A DNA stretch of 63,661 nt, filler included, from Lenisia limosa (GCA_001655205.1; 7 parts of 7 records of this genome joined end to end with filler, not necessarily neighbours in it); one strand, 5' to 3'; counted from the whole stretch's first letter, positions 23,269-37,100 are shown. Notes: generated by a model from the sequence alone, not told the origin. Numbers and translations are program-made.

Positions 23269-26200
23269 CTTGCGGACTTGTAGGACACTACCTCCTGGAG
23301 ACATGGACTGTAGGGTTAAAGGGAGTGGGTTAAAAACAGTGCGTGCCTCGACCACAGTTACATGTAGTCACATTATTCGTGAAAAGTCTCCACCAATTTG
23401 TCTGAAGGGAAATATGATTCTATTAGGAAGGCTCGTTAGTCCGCTTAATTGAAATATGTACATGTAATACTTCAGACAGTCGCAAATTAGTTAAACAAAA
23501 TCTTCAAAAACAAAATAAAACGGCATGATATATATACATATATAGTATGTATTTTATATATGTATATAATCACCTTCCTTATTTGGAAACCTCACAGCCA
23601 GCCCCTACGCGTTTCTTCTCCTTGGCGTTCTTGGCTCGGAGACTGATTTTGTTCTTCTCCTCGAGAGCCGTACGGATCCTGGCGATGCGCTCCTCCTCCA
23701 TCCGCCGCCGCCGGTCTGAGACGACTTCCTCTTTTGTGGTCGTAGCCTCGGCTGCCCTGAGGGGTAAAGGATATCTCCAAAAATGATATAAAACAAAAAT
23801 AAAAGTAAAACCAGAAATTTAAAAACTGAATTTTTTTATTGGGAGGTGGAAAGAAGACTTCAATGAAGTACATATAATATATGACGATATAGGTGGGGTC
23901 ACATGAACGCGCCCAGTAACATAAACGCGCCCACTTTTTAGAAAATGATCATTTTTTGGACAAAAGCCCGTTATAAGTCAACGGAGTATGTTTTAAAAAT
24001 TACTTTAAGTAGCGGAAAGCAAAAATAAACAAAAATGATTGTTTTAGAAAATTCTAGAATAGTCTCTGAAAAATAAAGTTCAGTTCATTTCCCTTTACTC
24101 GAGATTTTTTTGTTTGAAGACCCCCTTTTTCATTCCAGAAGTCAATTTTTAGGTAGGCTTGGAAAGTGGCGGGTTTGATAGGGGGGCTGTATGTCGATTG
24201 ATTTCTGGAATTTTTTTGAAAACAAGCATTATTATGACGACCTATAAAGGAGAAAATATGGCCAATCAATCAGTATAATTAAGCCGCTTTTGAAAGAAAT
24301 TCACCCGCTTTTGCAAGAATTAGTCCGATTTCGCCAATATTTACTCAAATTTAGGCTGAATACACGGTTGTACCATTAAAGGATTTGGTAGGGAGGTCAT
24401 TGGCTCTAGTTTTGATAATTGTTTGAATGTTGGTGTTTATATGTTGTAACTATAGTATTACTAAATTCAATTCATGTAAAGACACTCCAGTTAAGTAAAG
24501 AATACACATAATGTCTGCACGTTGAGGCTGATTTGAATGATTTTTCGGTTACAATTTCAATACTAATCACTTCTAGAGAATATCTTCAATGGATTCCTTT
24601 GAAGAAGGCTTCAACAAGCTTACTGATAAAGTTGGCGGGCTTTATTTACAATTATCTCTTTTTGTTTCTATCTTATCCTTTATTTTCCATTTTCAGAGCC
24701 AGTATAAATTGGAGTACCTTCGATTGGAAGTTAGGCACCAGCGCGACAGTTTTCAAAACCTGAATGACCATGAAAAGATTTTCACTGTGTTCTCCATTGC
24801 TCGAGACTTGAATAAGCCTCCCATCAGAGCGTGAGGTCCAAACAATGCTCCAAGTATGATTACCTCCTTGAAGATAACCTTTTTAGTTAAAGTCAAAGGC
24901 TACTGTTCACAAGTATAAGGATGGCTACGTGCCTACTAAGCCAAAGGGAGGGCAGGTAAAGCTTGACCCAGGCCTTGAGCCAGTATTACTGTCCCAACTC
25001 TATGAGCTAATTCTAACTGGAAACGCACCTGAGTCATCAAAAGTACGTGAAATGGTATGTTTCCCAAGCCTTTTTGCTCATTTTAGGCCGAAAAGCTTAT
25101 TTCTCGGCATGTTGGCAAAGTTATCAAGTTATCAAGAATGTGGATACCAAGGTTTTTGAGGAAGTTTCCCGTTCTTAAAACTGCTGTGAGATATTCTAAG
25201 CTACAACTTATTATCTAGAAGCCGAATTCTCTTGATAATGCAAGATCCAATGCTTATGACCCAGCAAGGTATATGCAACATGCCACTGCTCTTGCCAATG
25301 TCTTACATGATCATGATATTCATCCGAAACTCATATATACAATTGTGATGAAACGATGGTTGAAGTATCAGAATCAACCCCTGCCAAAGTCATCACACTC
25401 AACGAGGCAAAAAATGTTTACAATCTCTCTTCTGGTGGAGGACAGCTATCCCACATCACCTTGGTGGCGACCATAAGGTAAGTATCCAATTTCTGTAACA
25501 GCCACAGCACCAATCTGGAAAATGCAAGGCCTGTATTTTTGGTAGGACAAAAAACATCCAAAGCAGAAAATGCAATATTGGAGGAACATGGAGCAATAAT
25601 GATAGAAGCTTCGAATGGCTGGCAGGTTTGTGAACTGAAATTTTTTGAAGAATTCAGAATGTGCAATCATTTACAGAATATATCATGGGTACCCTAATAC
25701 CACAAATTGAAGCAGATCGTGTGAGACTTGGCCTATCAAAGGATACATGGGCACTTTTCAAATCTGATGGACACTTATCAAGATATGCGTTTGTTGCCCT
25801 TGAGGCCCTTTTGAGACATAAAATCCTCCTTTACCTTTACCCTTCCCACACTTCACAGTGTACTCAGCCTCTGGACTTGGTAATATTTGGCATCCTCAAG
25901 AAAGCACTTCACAAGAATCTCAAAGAATTGGCTCTGAAAAACGCCCCTGACATGATGTCAAATGCTGCTGTTCATCGCTGTAAAGCTATGGAAGCCTGTC
26001 TCGAAGCTCTTCATGTTGCCACTTCTAAATCGAAAACCAAGGCCGCCTTTGCGCGTGGTGGAGTTATTCTTCATGAAAACAAAGTCATTGTTGATTCCAG
26101 CAAATTTGCCGAGCATCTTCCAAATCCTGAACATGTATTTGACATCCCTCTTGAGCCGCCTCCAAGATCCGCCTTGTACTCTTGTGTTTTGAATACTCCA

Positions 26201-28958
26201 GCTATAATTCAAGAAGTGAAAACTGCAAAGAAGGAAAATCAAGACCCTCAAGTTGCCAAAGATGCATGGTTGAAGCTGGCAGCGATACGAGATGAAATTA
26301 CGGAGGCTGAAATCAAGTTTTTCCATGATCACCCTGACGTATTGCCCTGGTCCTCCAACCCTCTAATAGGAAAGGACCCTAATTTGGCTTTTAGTCCTGG
26401 GACTGGTTCGCGGAGGTCAATTGAGCCGACTAAAGAGTTGCAATGGTATGAACGACTCCTGGAAGAATTCAAAGAAGAAGTTGCCAAAAAAACCGAGAAT
26501 ATCTCAATCTTTTAGGTACAAAGCATCGTGAAAATATGAATGAGAGAAAAAGGAAGGATTTAAAAAGACGAACAGAGCCAACCATAGTCCCTGGTAACAA
26601 AAGTATGCTTAAATTGTGGTTTACTTTTCAGAACCAAAAAGAACAACTCGTTCAAAAAAAGGAAAAGGCACTCAATAAAAAAAAACATGGTATGGAAGTC
26701 ACATTTTCTATCACATCTTTAGGCCATTTTAGTTCCAAATTAGTTTATTGTATTTGTTTTTTTGTTTTAGTAAAGAATTTGTTGTAATGTAGAAGATTGT
26801 TTTCAAAGAGTTATAAATTAAGGATTTTTTACTGGTTATTTTCTAGCCATTAATGACAATCCAAAAAGTGGGCGCGTTTATGTTACTGGGCGCGTTCACC
26901 TATATGATATGATATAAATATAGGTGGGGTCACATAAACGCGCCCAGTAACATGAACGCGTTCCTTTTTGGGCCAAAAATATTTGTTTTTTAAAGTAAAT
27001 AAACAGTTGGACATTTGGAAAGCAAAAATAAGTCAATATTTTTGATGTAGAAGCCCAACTCTCTTGACAAATCAAGATCCAATGCACATGACCCAGCAAG
27101 ATATAAGCAACATGCTACTGCTCTTGCAAAGGTTCTTCATGAAAACAAAATTCATCCAAAACTCATATACAATTGTGACGAAACCATGGTTGAAGTATCA
27201 GAGTCAACCCCCGCCAAAGTTATCACACTCAATGAGTCAAAGAATATTTACAAGCTTTCGTCTGATGGAGGACAAGTATCTCATATCACCCTGGTGGCTA
27301 CCATAAGGTAAGTATCCACTTCCTGTATCACCCCCCCCCTCAGCACCAATCTGGAAAATGTAAAACCTGTCTTTCTTGTTGGACAAAAAACATCGAAAGC
27401 GGAAAATTCTATTTTGGAAAAGCATGACGCAATCATGATTGAAGCTGCTAATGGCTGGCAGGTTTGTTAGCCTTGTGTTTTGAAGACTTCAGAACGTCCA
27501 ATCATTCACAGAGTATGTCATGGCTACACTCATTCCACAAGCTAAAGCAGATCGTGTGAGACTTGGGCTGTCAAAGGATATATGGGCACTGTTCATCTCT
27601 GATGGTCACTTGTCAAGATATGCCCTGGAGGCCCTTTTGAGACATAATATCCTTCTTTACCTTTTCCCTTCACACACTTCACTCAGCCTCTTTTTTTGAC
27701 TTGTTGATATTTGGCGTTCTCAAGAACGCGCTCAACAAGAATCTGAAAGAATTGTCTCTGAAAAATATCCCAGCCATGCTCTCAAATGCTGCTGTTCATC
27801 GCTGCAAGGCTAGGGAAGCCTGCCTTGAAGCTCTTCATGTAGCCACTTCTAAATCAAAAACCAAGTCCGCCTTTGCACGTGGTGGAATTATTCTTCATGA
27901 AAACCAAGTCATTGTTGATCCCAGCAAGTTTGCAGAGCACCTTCCAAATCCTGAACATGTGTTTGACATCCCACTTGAACCTCCGCCAAGATCTGCGCTG
28001 TTTTCTTGTGTTTTGAATATTCTTGCCATTATTCAAGAAGTCAAATCTGCAAAGAAGGTCCGAGACACAATTACGGAGGCTGAAATCAAGTGATTCCATG
28101 ATAACCCTGACTTGTTGCCATTCTCATTGGAAAGACCCTAATTTGACTTTTAGTCCTTCCTAACATTTGGATTTTGTGCGTTATTGTTTTTTGTCAAAGT
28201 GTTTTGCTGTAATGTAAAAGTTTGATTCAAAGAATTGCAAAAACGAATATTTTTTTTGAATACTTTCCTGACATTAAGAAAAATCGAAAAAGTGGGAGCG
28301 TTCATGTGACCCCACCTATACATATATATATATATCCATTTTCGAGAGATTATGACCATGCCCTATTCAAACATACTTTCTTCGCTCTTCAAGATGAGCC
28401 TGTCTTCGAACTTCGCTCTCAGTTTGCTTCACCTTCAAGGCGGTTTCCAGTTCCTGGTGGACGGCGGTCAGATGCTGTATTATATGGAGAGATGAGCATA
28501 TTATTAGGCTCTGGCCGAAGCCTTCCAGATAATTTCGATTGCAGTATAACAATAATCCACTCAAACGATTGCATTATCTGTTGTTTTATTGCATTAATAT
28601 TCGGCAGCTTACTGATTTGCGGTAGCTATCAGAGAGAGAATTGATCATCAAATGCTCAGACACCTGAAATGGTTAGTTATAAAGATTACAACACTTCCAG
28701 AAGTTAATCATAATTTGAGAAACGAAGGTAAAACAAAGAGAAAACAAAAAAAGAAGAAAGGAAATCTTTTCTTCTTCAAACCATGATTGTGCTCAAAAAA
28801 AGAGACTGAATATTCGATAATTAATGTCAAGATTGCAAACTTTGCCACAGCAGGGAAGCACCCCCCCCCCTCACCTTAGCCACCTCCTCGCCAGCCTTGG
28901 AAGACACAGTTTTGATGAAATCGGCTCGATGCCTATCCGAGGTTGCTTGTTTTTGTTT
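23269..28958 (-). CDS. Charged coiled-coil protein (partial); hosts two transposons in one intron
   Basis: Exons KQKQATSDRHRADFIKTVSSKAGEEVAK, VSEHLMINSLSDSYRKS, HLTAVHQELETALKVKQTESEVRRQAHLEERR(K) (28377-28474, phase 2), then AAEATTTKEEVVSDRRRRMEEERIARIRTALEEKNK (from 23756, phase 2). Confidence 0.7.
23892..26900 (+). mobile_element. Pogo/Fot1-like (Tc1/mariner superfamily) DNA transposon, full-length copy 1
   Basis: TA flanks on both sides. Left TIR GGTGGGGTCACATGAACGCGCCCAGTAACATAAACGCGCCCACTTTT; the right TIR is identical except for a 10-bp deletion. Contains a DDE_1-type transposase. Confidence 0.93.
24589..26515 (+). pseudogene. Spliced pogo-like DD35D transposase, frameshifted by 2 nt just before the first catalytic Asp
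   Basis: HTH/CENP-B-like SKATVHKY...LEPVLLSQLYEL...WIPRFLRKFP; IY[+TA]NCDET; SNGW; FKSDGHLSR-(35 aa between Asp residues)-PSHTSQCTQPLD. Several GT-AG introns. Confidence 0.85.
26923..28316 (+). mobile_element. Second, internally deleted and degenerate copy of the same pogo-like element
   Basis: TA-GGTGGGGTCACATAAACGCG...AAAAAGTGGGAGCGTTCATGTGACCCCACC-TA. It lacks the HTH exons and retains IYNCDET, NGWQ, DGHLSR and the C-terminal region with frameshifts and a TGA at 28091. Confidence 0.92.
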
Positions 28959-29356
28959 CTACACGGGTAAATTACTAAATTTGTTTCTCCAGTCCCTATC
29001 ATTGTTTTATGGAAATTACCTTACTTCTATGTAAACACGACCTGCACTGTCTGTGCTGTGCTCCTCCCTTCCTCCACTGTCATCTCGTTTACCCCTCCCC
29101 CCTCCTTCTATTATCTCTTCTACCTACCTTGTAAAGAGCTCCCCTTCCTCCACCATAATTTCTTTCACGGTTCGTGATTAGTACCTTTACGCCAATATTC
29201 TTCATTGAAATTTCCTTCGTTTCACCCCCCCCCCCCNNNNNNNNNNNNNNNNNNNNNNNNNNNNNNNNNNNNNNNNNNNNTTAATTAATTAANNNNNNNN
29301 NNNNNNNNNNNNNNNNNNNNNNNNNNNNNNNNNNNNCCCCCCCCCCCCCCTTTCAG

Positions 29357-30648
29357 GTGACAGTTTCGGTGAGCATTCTTTACTCTCCGGTGCCCCTCGC
29401 GCCGCCTCAGTCAAAGCGCATACTGATTCAACGGTAAGGTGTATGTTGTTGTGGGGATTGGGGTGGTGATGCGGGGGGATCAAGTCTTCACTTCGGTTAG
29501 AAAGTAGACTGTTTTACCGGACTTTTTCGAACCGAAGTGAAGCCCTTGGGGGGGGGGGGGCAAAATTCGATTTTTGTATTTAGGAAATTTAAAGGNNNNN
29601 NNNNNNNNNNNNNNNNNNNNNNNNNNNNNNNNNNNNNNNNNNNNNNNNNNNNNNNNNNNNNNNNNNNNNNNNNNNNNNNNNNNNNNNNNNNNNNNNNNNN
29701 NNNNNNNNNNNNNNNNNNNNNNNNNTTGACATTTCAGCTCTGGTCTATTGACAGAACACAATATCGGCGGATTTTCATGTCCGACCCAGGCAAACTCGCT
29801 CTGGCCGCCAATGGTGGGCTGGGAACTAGGGCTTCAGTTCGGTCCGAAAAAAAGACTGAAATTCTGGACACATCAAGTGGTTCTTGTCATTCGTATCAAA
29901 CCATATTTCAAGTATTATCAAATGTTGCGAATGATATTAATGCCAATATGGGTTTTATTTAACCATCTATGATACATTTCTGATACAACCAACGATCTCT
30001 GATACAACCAACCATCTCTGATACAACCAACCGTCCAGGATATCGCGTGGAGGACGGGACGGAGTCGAATCGCCAGGCTGGTGATGGAGCCTTTTCTCTG
30101 TTCGAAAGCCTCGGTTCCGCTGCCGTGGTCGAGAATGCCGAGTTTTCAACGTGGGCATTGGTTTCCATTACTCTTGTTTAAAATTTACTTTCTTATTTTT
30201 CTTGCCGTTTTCTTTCTCCAATGTGAGGCTCAACCGTTTTATTCGTTGATAGTTTGGTTACTGCTTAACTTTCCACTTGTTATTCCCCTCACCAACCAGG
30301 TCGTGGTACCAAGCCTACTTCGAAAACCATGCCCATGTCCACTACCTTGCCGACACAGAAGAAGTTGGGCAGATTGTCTTCAGCATTGTGAAAGAAGAGG
30401 ATGTTGGCCACTACAGAACACTGTGCTGGACTAAAGTGGGCAGAGGAGTTAAATTCTTCATTTGATTGGGTGTGTTCTTTTCTTATACCCTTCCTGGGGG
30501 TTTTCATTGTTTAATGAAACATCACTAACAAAAAACATAATAATAAAAAAACACCATTTTAGATTGTCAACTTACTCTATTAGGAAGGTACCGAGCGACT
30601 CTGTGTTCCCCTCACCGAAAGGAGGTTAAGCCCGGAGGCGCTGATCAA
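29357..30648 (+). CDS. Cyclic-nucleotide-binding domain + Rap-GAP (N-terminal/dimerisation region) protein, both ends off contig
   Basis: Exons 29357-29433, 29738-29813, 30039-30150, 30300-30435, 30584-30648 are phase-consistent. They give [40 protein letters not shown] (cNMP), then WYQAYFENHAHVHYLADTEEVGQIVFSIVKEEDVGHYRTLCWTKEGTERLCVP (Rap1GAP-like). Confidence 0.75.
29979..30035. repeat. 19-bp tandem repeat x3 at an intron branch/acceptor region
   Basis: TCTGATACAACCAAC(G/C)ATC repeated directly upstream of the CAG acceptor at 30038. Confidence 0.85.
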
Positions 30649-31178
30649 GTGGGTTTCAAGGGCAGGGACCTCAGGGATGATTTGTGCTTCTCTACGGTCC
30701 GAAAAAGACCATATAGCTATATATATATATTTTTTTCACCGCAGGGAATCCCTAGGGATGATCTATGCAATCTTTTTTTGCAGCAAAGTCTCTATTGGAA
30801 ATAGGATCATATAGATTTGNNNNNNNNNNNNNNNNNNNNNNNNNNNNNNNNNNNNNNNNNNNNTTAATTAATTAANNNNNNNNNNNNNNNNNNNNNNNNN
30901 NNNNNNNNNNNNNNNNNNNTAATTTTGATCAATTTTTCCCAACATTTGTTAACAGAAAGTGATTTGTTTGCAGGCTGGAGTAACATTTTCGATAATGAAA
31001 TAGGAAACAAAGAAATAATCATAACCGTCACAGTTTTTCAAAACCGTCACAGTTTTTGTTCGGGAGCATATGTCACATGATGTTATGAAATTGAGAAATT
31101 GTCACACTGAGTCTGCAACAACAAGTTTATCAAGGTTTTGAAAAGGTGTCAAGAGGCATGATAATTTTCCCTGCTCAC

Positions 31179-34100
31179 CAAAGATGAATTGAACCATCAC
31201 AGGAGACAACTGCTGAACCACAAAACGACGCAAAGAATAGAGGCTGAAATTGTTATGAACGTCTCAAATATTTTTTTACATTCTCAGTTGTAAACCTCAT
31301 TTAAATTCTACTATCCCCCATTCAACTCTTTACATAAAACGCATTGAGTTACAAAAATATCAGATACTACGAATTAAAATAGCTAAATCAATAATCTAGG
31401 ATTACCCTTACCAAAGAATGGCCAGTGTAGGATGAGGATGCAGCAGACGAAATCTGCATTACCTGTTTATAATCAAAATACAGAAAACAAAATAAACTAT
31501 CACATAGTATTCAAACAAAGGTGAATAGAGTAAACATAAATGTCTTATTTTGTTTTATCATTTCACAATATCACATGTTGTGTAATGTCGTCGTAGTATA
31601 TAAGACAATATCACATCTTTTGAAAATCCTCCCAACCTTAGCCACAGAGTCCCTTCCACAGCTGAGAAGTGAAGTATAAGACCTAGACAGTTCCAGGGAA
31701 CGAACACCTCCAGAATGATAAGACTAAAAATAGTGAAGACCTCATTATTTGAATATAAAAAGGGTTGGTTAAACGAAAGAGATGCTTCGTTTGTATTGCT
31801 TTACAGCAAACCTTGAATATCTCAGCAGGCTTCGCACGTATTGCGTCAAGACTCTCAGATCGATATGTTGAAATACAAGAAATCCAGGGTGCAGTGGGGT
31901 GGAGATCACTAAGCGCCGGGCCTAAACCAAGTCAAAGAATGCGATATGTGAATTCACAAATAAATTAGAGACTACCTGTTGGTTGTCTTGGAGACTCATG
32001 AGAACTTTCTGGCTCCAAAAGCTTCTGTACAATAAATAATTGCCATATCATATTTAAGTGATGTAAGCGAAGGAAATTTAATTTGCCTCACCTCAACCTC
32101 TATATTCGATGTTTTAGCACCGAGTACAAAAGCTTCCATTCGGATGAAGCCAGGAATTTCAGTCAACGCTGCATTTCTACCCACTAAAGAGTGAAATCAA
32201 TGTTCCAAGAAAAAATACTAGTCGTATTATTGACACCAACTGACATAATTGTGCGATATGTGTACAAGTCAACTCGGCAAGCTCGGCAGTGAACACTGGT
32301 AGTCCTAAAACAAGTTAGAAATGAGCGACCCCCCCCCCCCCNNNNNNNNNNNNNNNNNNNNNNNNNNNNNNNNNNNNNNNNNNNNNNNNNNNNNNNNNNN
32401 NNNNNNNNNNNNNNNNNAAAAGCGGTTTAAAGTAGAAAGGAGATGTGGGTCAACAACTCCGCCAACACTATGCTGACAAAGCAGAAAGAAAGTTCTGAAA
32501 CAATAAAACCAATTATACCAGTCATAATCTATATATCGATATGTTTGACTATACTAGTATATAATATGACATTATTTGTTGTATACGAAATATCATAAGT
32601 AAGAAGTAGCCCCCCACTGTACTACTGCAGCTGAGACATGGTGAGATTCGTGGGGGTTAAGCATCAAATGACATAAGCTGTCAGATTCTGTGACGAAAAT
32701 TGCTACGCTTTGTGAACCCAAAATTGGGATCAATCCTAATACGTCAGGATAAAAGATTACCTGTATGTTTTTGAAAAGCTAATCACCTACTTTGTGCAAC
32801 ATTGAGGGTGGCCAATAATGGCTCTTCTCCCCGTGCCCCTTTGTTTAGAAGGCTCATGAAAAGCCCAGCTACTGCCTCGGCTGATCGAAGTGCCACTTCC
32901 AAACCACTGGCACAAATCGCCTGGATCATCAGCAAAATACGATATCAACTTCAAACTTAGAGCTGAGACGAGGAATATCACGCCACCCTCTCCCCTCAGG
33001 AGTAAAGATAGAAATATCACCCCCTGCCATCCCCTTTCCCAGCAATCCTTGAAAGATTGGGAAATTCTGAATAATCTGACACATCAGTATTGGAGTAAAT
33101 ATGCTGTCGAATAAATCAGAAAGAAAACACTGTTGTATACTCCCAACTTACAGTACACAGTGCATCCGTGAATACCAAAGCTCCCGGTCGGCTAAGTGCT
33201 TCGAGAAGTGGTGACAATATGAAACGCTGAATATGGCCCGGCCCCATAATGTGCACTAATGTTAACACAGCCTTATGTGGTCAGAATATATGTTGCTTGA
33301 AAACTCAAGCATACTTGGTTAGCTGCTGACGAAATATCTTCGTCTTCACTCATGATAAAGTGCAGTAAAACTGGTAAAAGATCGGAACATACGTCATCAG
33401 AGCCAACAACGTTAATAAGCGTCTAAAAAGTCAGTTACTCTCTCAATTTTAAGAAAAATAAATCTACATTTAGTGAACTCTATGCGGCATAGAAACCCCC
33501 GAAGCGCATACATCAAGGACAGAATGGTCACATATCGCTACTTTGAAGGCTGGAGACTGAATCTGGTTGGTTAAATCTGTGTAAAGTAGTTTTTTTTTCC
33601 CTCTCAGTGTACTTAAACAGTTCCAGCTGACTTGAATACAGTCAATGATGGCAGGCCAAATAGTTTGTTTGGTAATACTGCGACCGATTTGGGGAAGCAA
33701 AGTTGGGACCACTTGAAGTATCACAGTGGGGCCGACCTAAGAATGAGATATGAAAATCATTTTCATTGAGTCGATTAGTCGCAAAACCCTATTTCCCAAA
33801 TGTATTTAGACTTACAAGAGAATCTTTGAGAAGAAATCTCATTTGGGGGAGCAAGAGATCCAGGATCTGGACGAGATTAGAATCAAATTTAAACACAGCA
33901 AGCTATAACACAGCATTCAAGCATTTTATAGCAGATTAAAGCCCTGTTCACATTTTTTCCTGATTTCATAAAAAATGGCAGTGGATTGAGAGCCCTGCGT
34001 AAATCAGCTATTCTATGAGAAGATTTCTCAAGCTCGCAGCAGAACAAATGAAGAGGTCTGGAGTGGTAAAACTTTCAATAAAATGCGCTATTATATCTGT

Positions 34101-37100
34101 ATGACCCACTTTATCGAAGTCGGGAAGGCAGATTCGGCATTGCTCCTTAAAATGTGCTCTTTAATAATGAAAAAAAATGATAAATAAATCCAGGAGATTG
34201 TCCAAATAGCTTACCTAAGAGCAAACTGTCGGGTATCTGTGCGTGACTATTTTTCGAAACCATTTGAGAAAGAAGATGTTCTGGAATCCGAGAATTCTTC
34301 TTGTTCTCGCTGAAATATAAAATTTATGTTTGTATAGTAGGTGACAAACTGCTGAAGTAAGAACCAACGCACCGTGGTTGAGCAGATCCTCTCAATAAGG
34401 CTAGGACCATATTTTGAATATGGGGTTTTGGCAACAGGTGAAGCGCAGGACAATCTTCAGCTGAGAGAGGTGGCTTGGCTGAATATTGTAAAGAATGAAG
34501 GTATAAAAGACAAGAAAAATAAGAATAAACATACCAGGTGGTGGGGTTTTGTCAGTGAAAAGAGGTCTAAAAATGGGTAAAAGATACGATTTTACAATAC
34601 ACAATAACAATCCAACTCTTACTTCATCTGAAACACTTCAAAAATCATACATCCCAGAGAAAAGAGGTCAGCTTTGATGGTATTGGTTACCCTAGGTTGT
34701 GAGTGTATCAATTCCAATTCTGTTAAATATGAGCAGTGCACTGCCAGGGTGATTCTGTAATAAAAACAATTATTGATCTTTATTAACTCACCCATCATCT
34801 GAATCCCAATCAAGTGGCCGACTGTAAATACCGTCGTACATTCCTGAAAAATCAGATTGAAAAAGAGGGCTTTTCTGAAGTAAGCTCACCTTGAGAACAA
34901 TTCTGTTGGATTTTTGCTTGTCTGTAAGTGTCAAATTGTGCCAAACTTCTCTGGCCTTCTGGTCCCAAACTGAACGGCTTTACCAACTCCGATTCTCTAA
35001 AAAGGTCAACCCATAAAACATGAGATAAACTTGCAACACCTCACATACGAAGAATTCTGTGGAATTGTCACACTAAAACTTGTGGAAAGGGGACGTGGGG
35101 AATTGGGTTCGGATATTACTTCGTCAGTTAGAAAGGAGCTCGACAGCAAACTATAATAATTACCACCAACAACAAAGATGTTTTACATTAAAACTATGAC
35201 GAAATATTGATATCTACAAATAACAACATATCATCTATGACGTTGATTTTGAGTCATTTAAAAGTTGATTTCGCTCAGCGAATAAATCTTCAAACATAAA
35301 CGCACTTAGGTTGAAGAGGGATCATTGTGCCATCAGTTGGGAATGAGGCATCGCCAGTATTCTAACAAGTGAGGAAAATGAAAATGTGAGAATAAAATAA
35401 AATATGTTCCACTGAATGCAAACCTTTGACGGGGTAACCATTATTGGAGAAGTGGTGATTGGTTGCGGTGATAAAGCTGAAATGAATTAGTTGAATAACA
35501 ATCACAAATCATTTGAAAATGTAACATTTGATTTACCCACTTTTCATTGGAATACAGGATTTTGGGGGAATTTGTTGGGGTGAACTTGGCAAAACACGTG
35601 GTATCGTTTTTGGCTGATTTGGTGAAACAGGCGCAGTACCTAGAGAGTCATAATAGGCCATAAAACAATAGAGAAGGGATAATCCTAGTATTATATCGCC
35701 CTACCTGTCAAGGATTGAGGTGTTGGAGAGTGGGTAAGTGCAGGAGAATGGGTGAAAAAGGCAGCCGGTTTAACTGGATTGTCGGGAGACATCGGGTCGG
35801 GTGACTCCGGCGAAGGCATCTAAAAAACAATAAAGAGAATGACCAGTTACATACCATATACATATAGCTATATATACATATGATATAGTATATGATATAT
35901 ACATATACATGTACATATTATATGATACGCATATAATACATATATAGTATATAGCTATATCATATACAAGTACTACATTGGAAAATAATATACCATAATA
36001 CTCTCAAAAAAAGAAAACTCGTACCTTAAGACTTTCAGGGACTGATGTTGGAGAAAACACAACACTCAGAGATCTGACATGTCTTCTCTTTTGGAGCTGG
36101 ACTGCAGAAGGGGTTTCTACAAAGAGAGAGTCATCTATAAAATGAGTGTAAAGTCCAAGTGAGTTCATGAAACTAAACATTAAATAGCTGAGTACTACAT
36201 CGATTATCAACATTAAATTTCTGCATTCCCAAAGCAAACCACAAGCAGACAACTCGCCGTCTTCAGGGAGTTTTCCTCTTGGAGAACTGCCTCCTGAATC
36301 TGGACAATGAGATAAGAAGAAAAAATTCAATACCCACTACTCAATGGGGTTGAAACCGGAGATGGCTCATTGTTTAGTACATGATGGCCTTCCTTGAGAG
36401 GAATGCCTTTTTGATAGGATGACGCTGATGCTGACACTGGGTGAGGTTCATGGAATATCTAAAGAATTAGAGTTACGCTCAAACAAGCAACTAAAAACTC
36501 CTAGCAAAATCAAAAGTGAGAATTACCTGTAAAAAGTTGGTACTGTTAGGCTCAGGGCCGAGTTTCGGGAGAGGGACATTGAGACAATCCACTGCTGCTT
36601 GCCCTGAAAGGCAGTAGCCAAAGGTAATGTCGATCCATTGTGGGAGGGCAACTCTGACCTAATGGTGTCAATTTTTGCAGCTAAATAAGAAAAGACGTCA
36701 GAAATTCAAGCTGTGAGCAAACCTCAGAAGATTCGAGCGCTTCACGATGTTGACGAATAAACTACAATGTGAATTTGTAACAGGTCTTGGAAAATACAGT
36801 GTAGATACTGCGATAACATATTCCAATGATTCTCTCTGCACTCAATTCAGCAACTTTATCTTACATCTTCAGGTGAACTGGCCCATTTGGGAATTTTCAG
36901 GTCTGGAAGATCTTCATGAATGGATCTAAAGATTCGAGAGTCAGTGAAAAACTCGGGAATAGCTTCATCAGGCGTCCATGTGCTGGAGGGGGGGGGGGTT
37001 AAGTTGGNNNNNNNNNNNNNNNNNNNNNNNNNNNNNNNNNNNNNNNNNNNNNNNNNNNNNNNNNNNNNNNNNGTATGCATCTACAGAAGACACGTTAGCA

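Noticed and set aside
23892-23940. The resident pogo element as the mobiliser of MITE families A, B and D
   Set aside because: Its TIR (GGTGGGGTCACATGAACGCG) shares no terminal or sub-terminal sequence with any MITE family beyond the TA flank.
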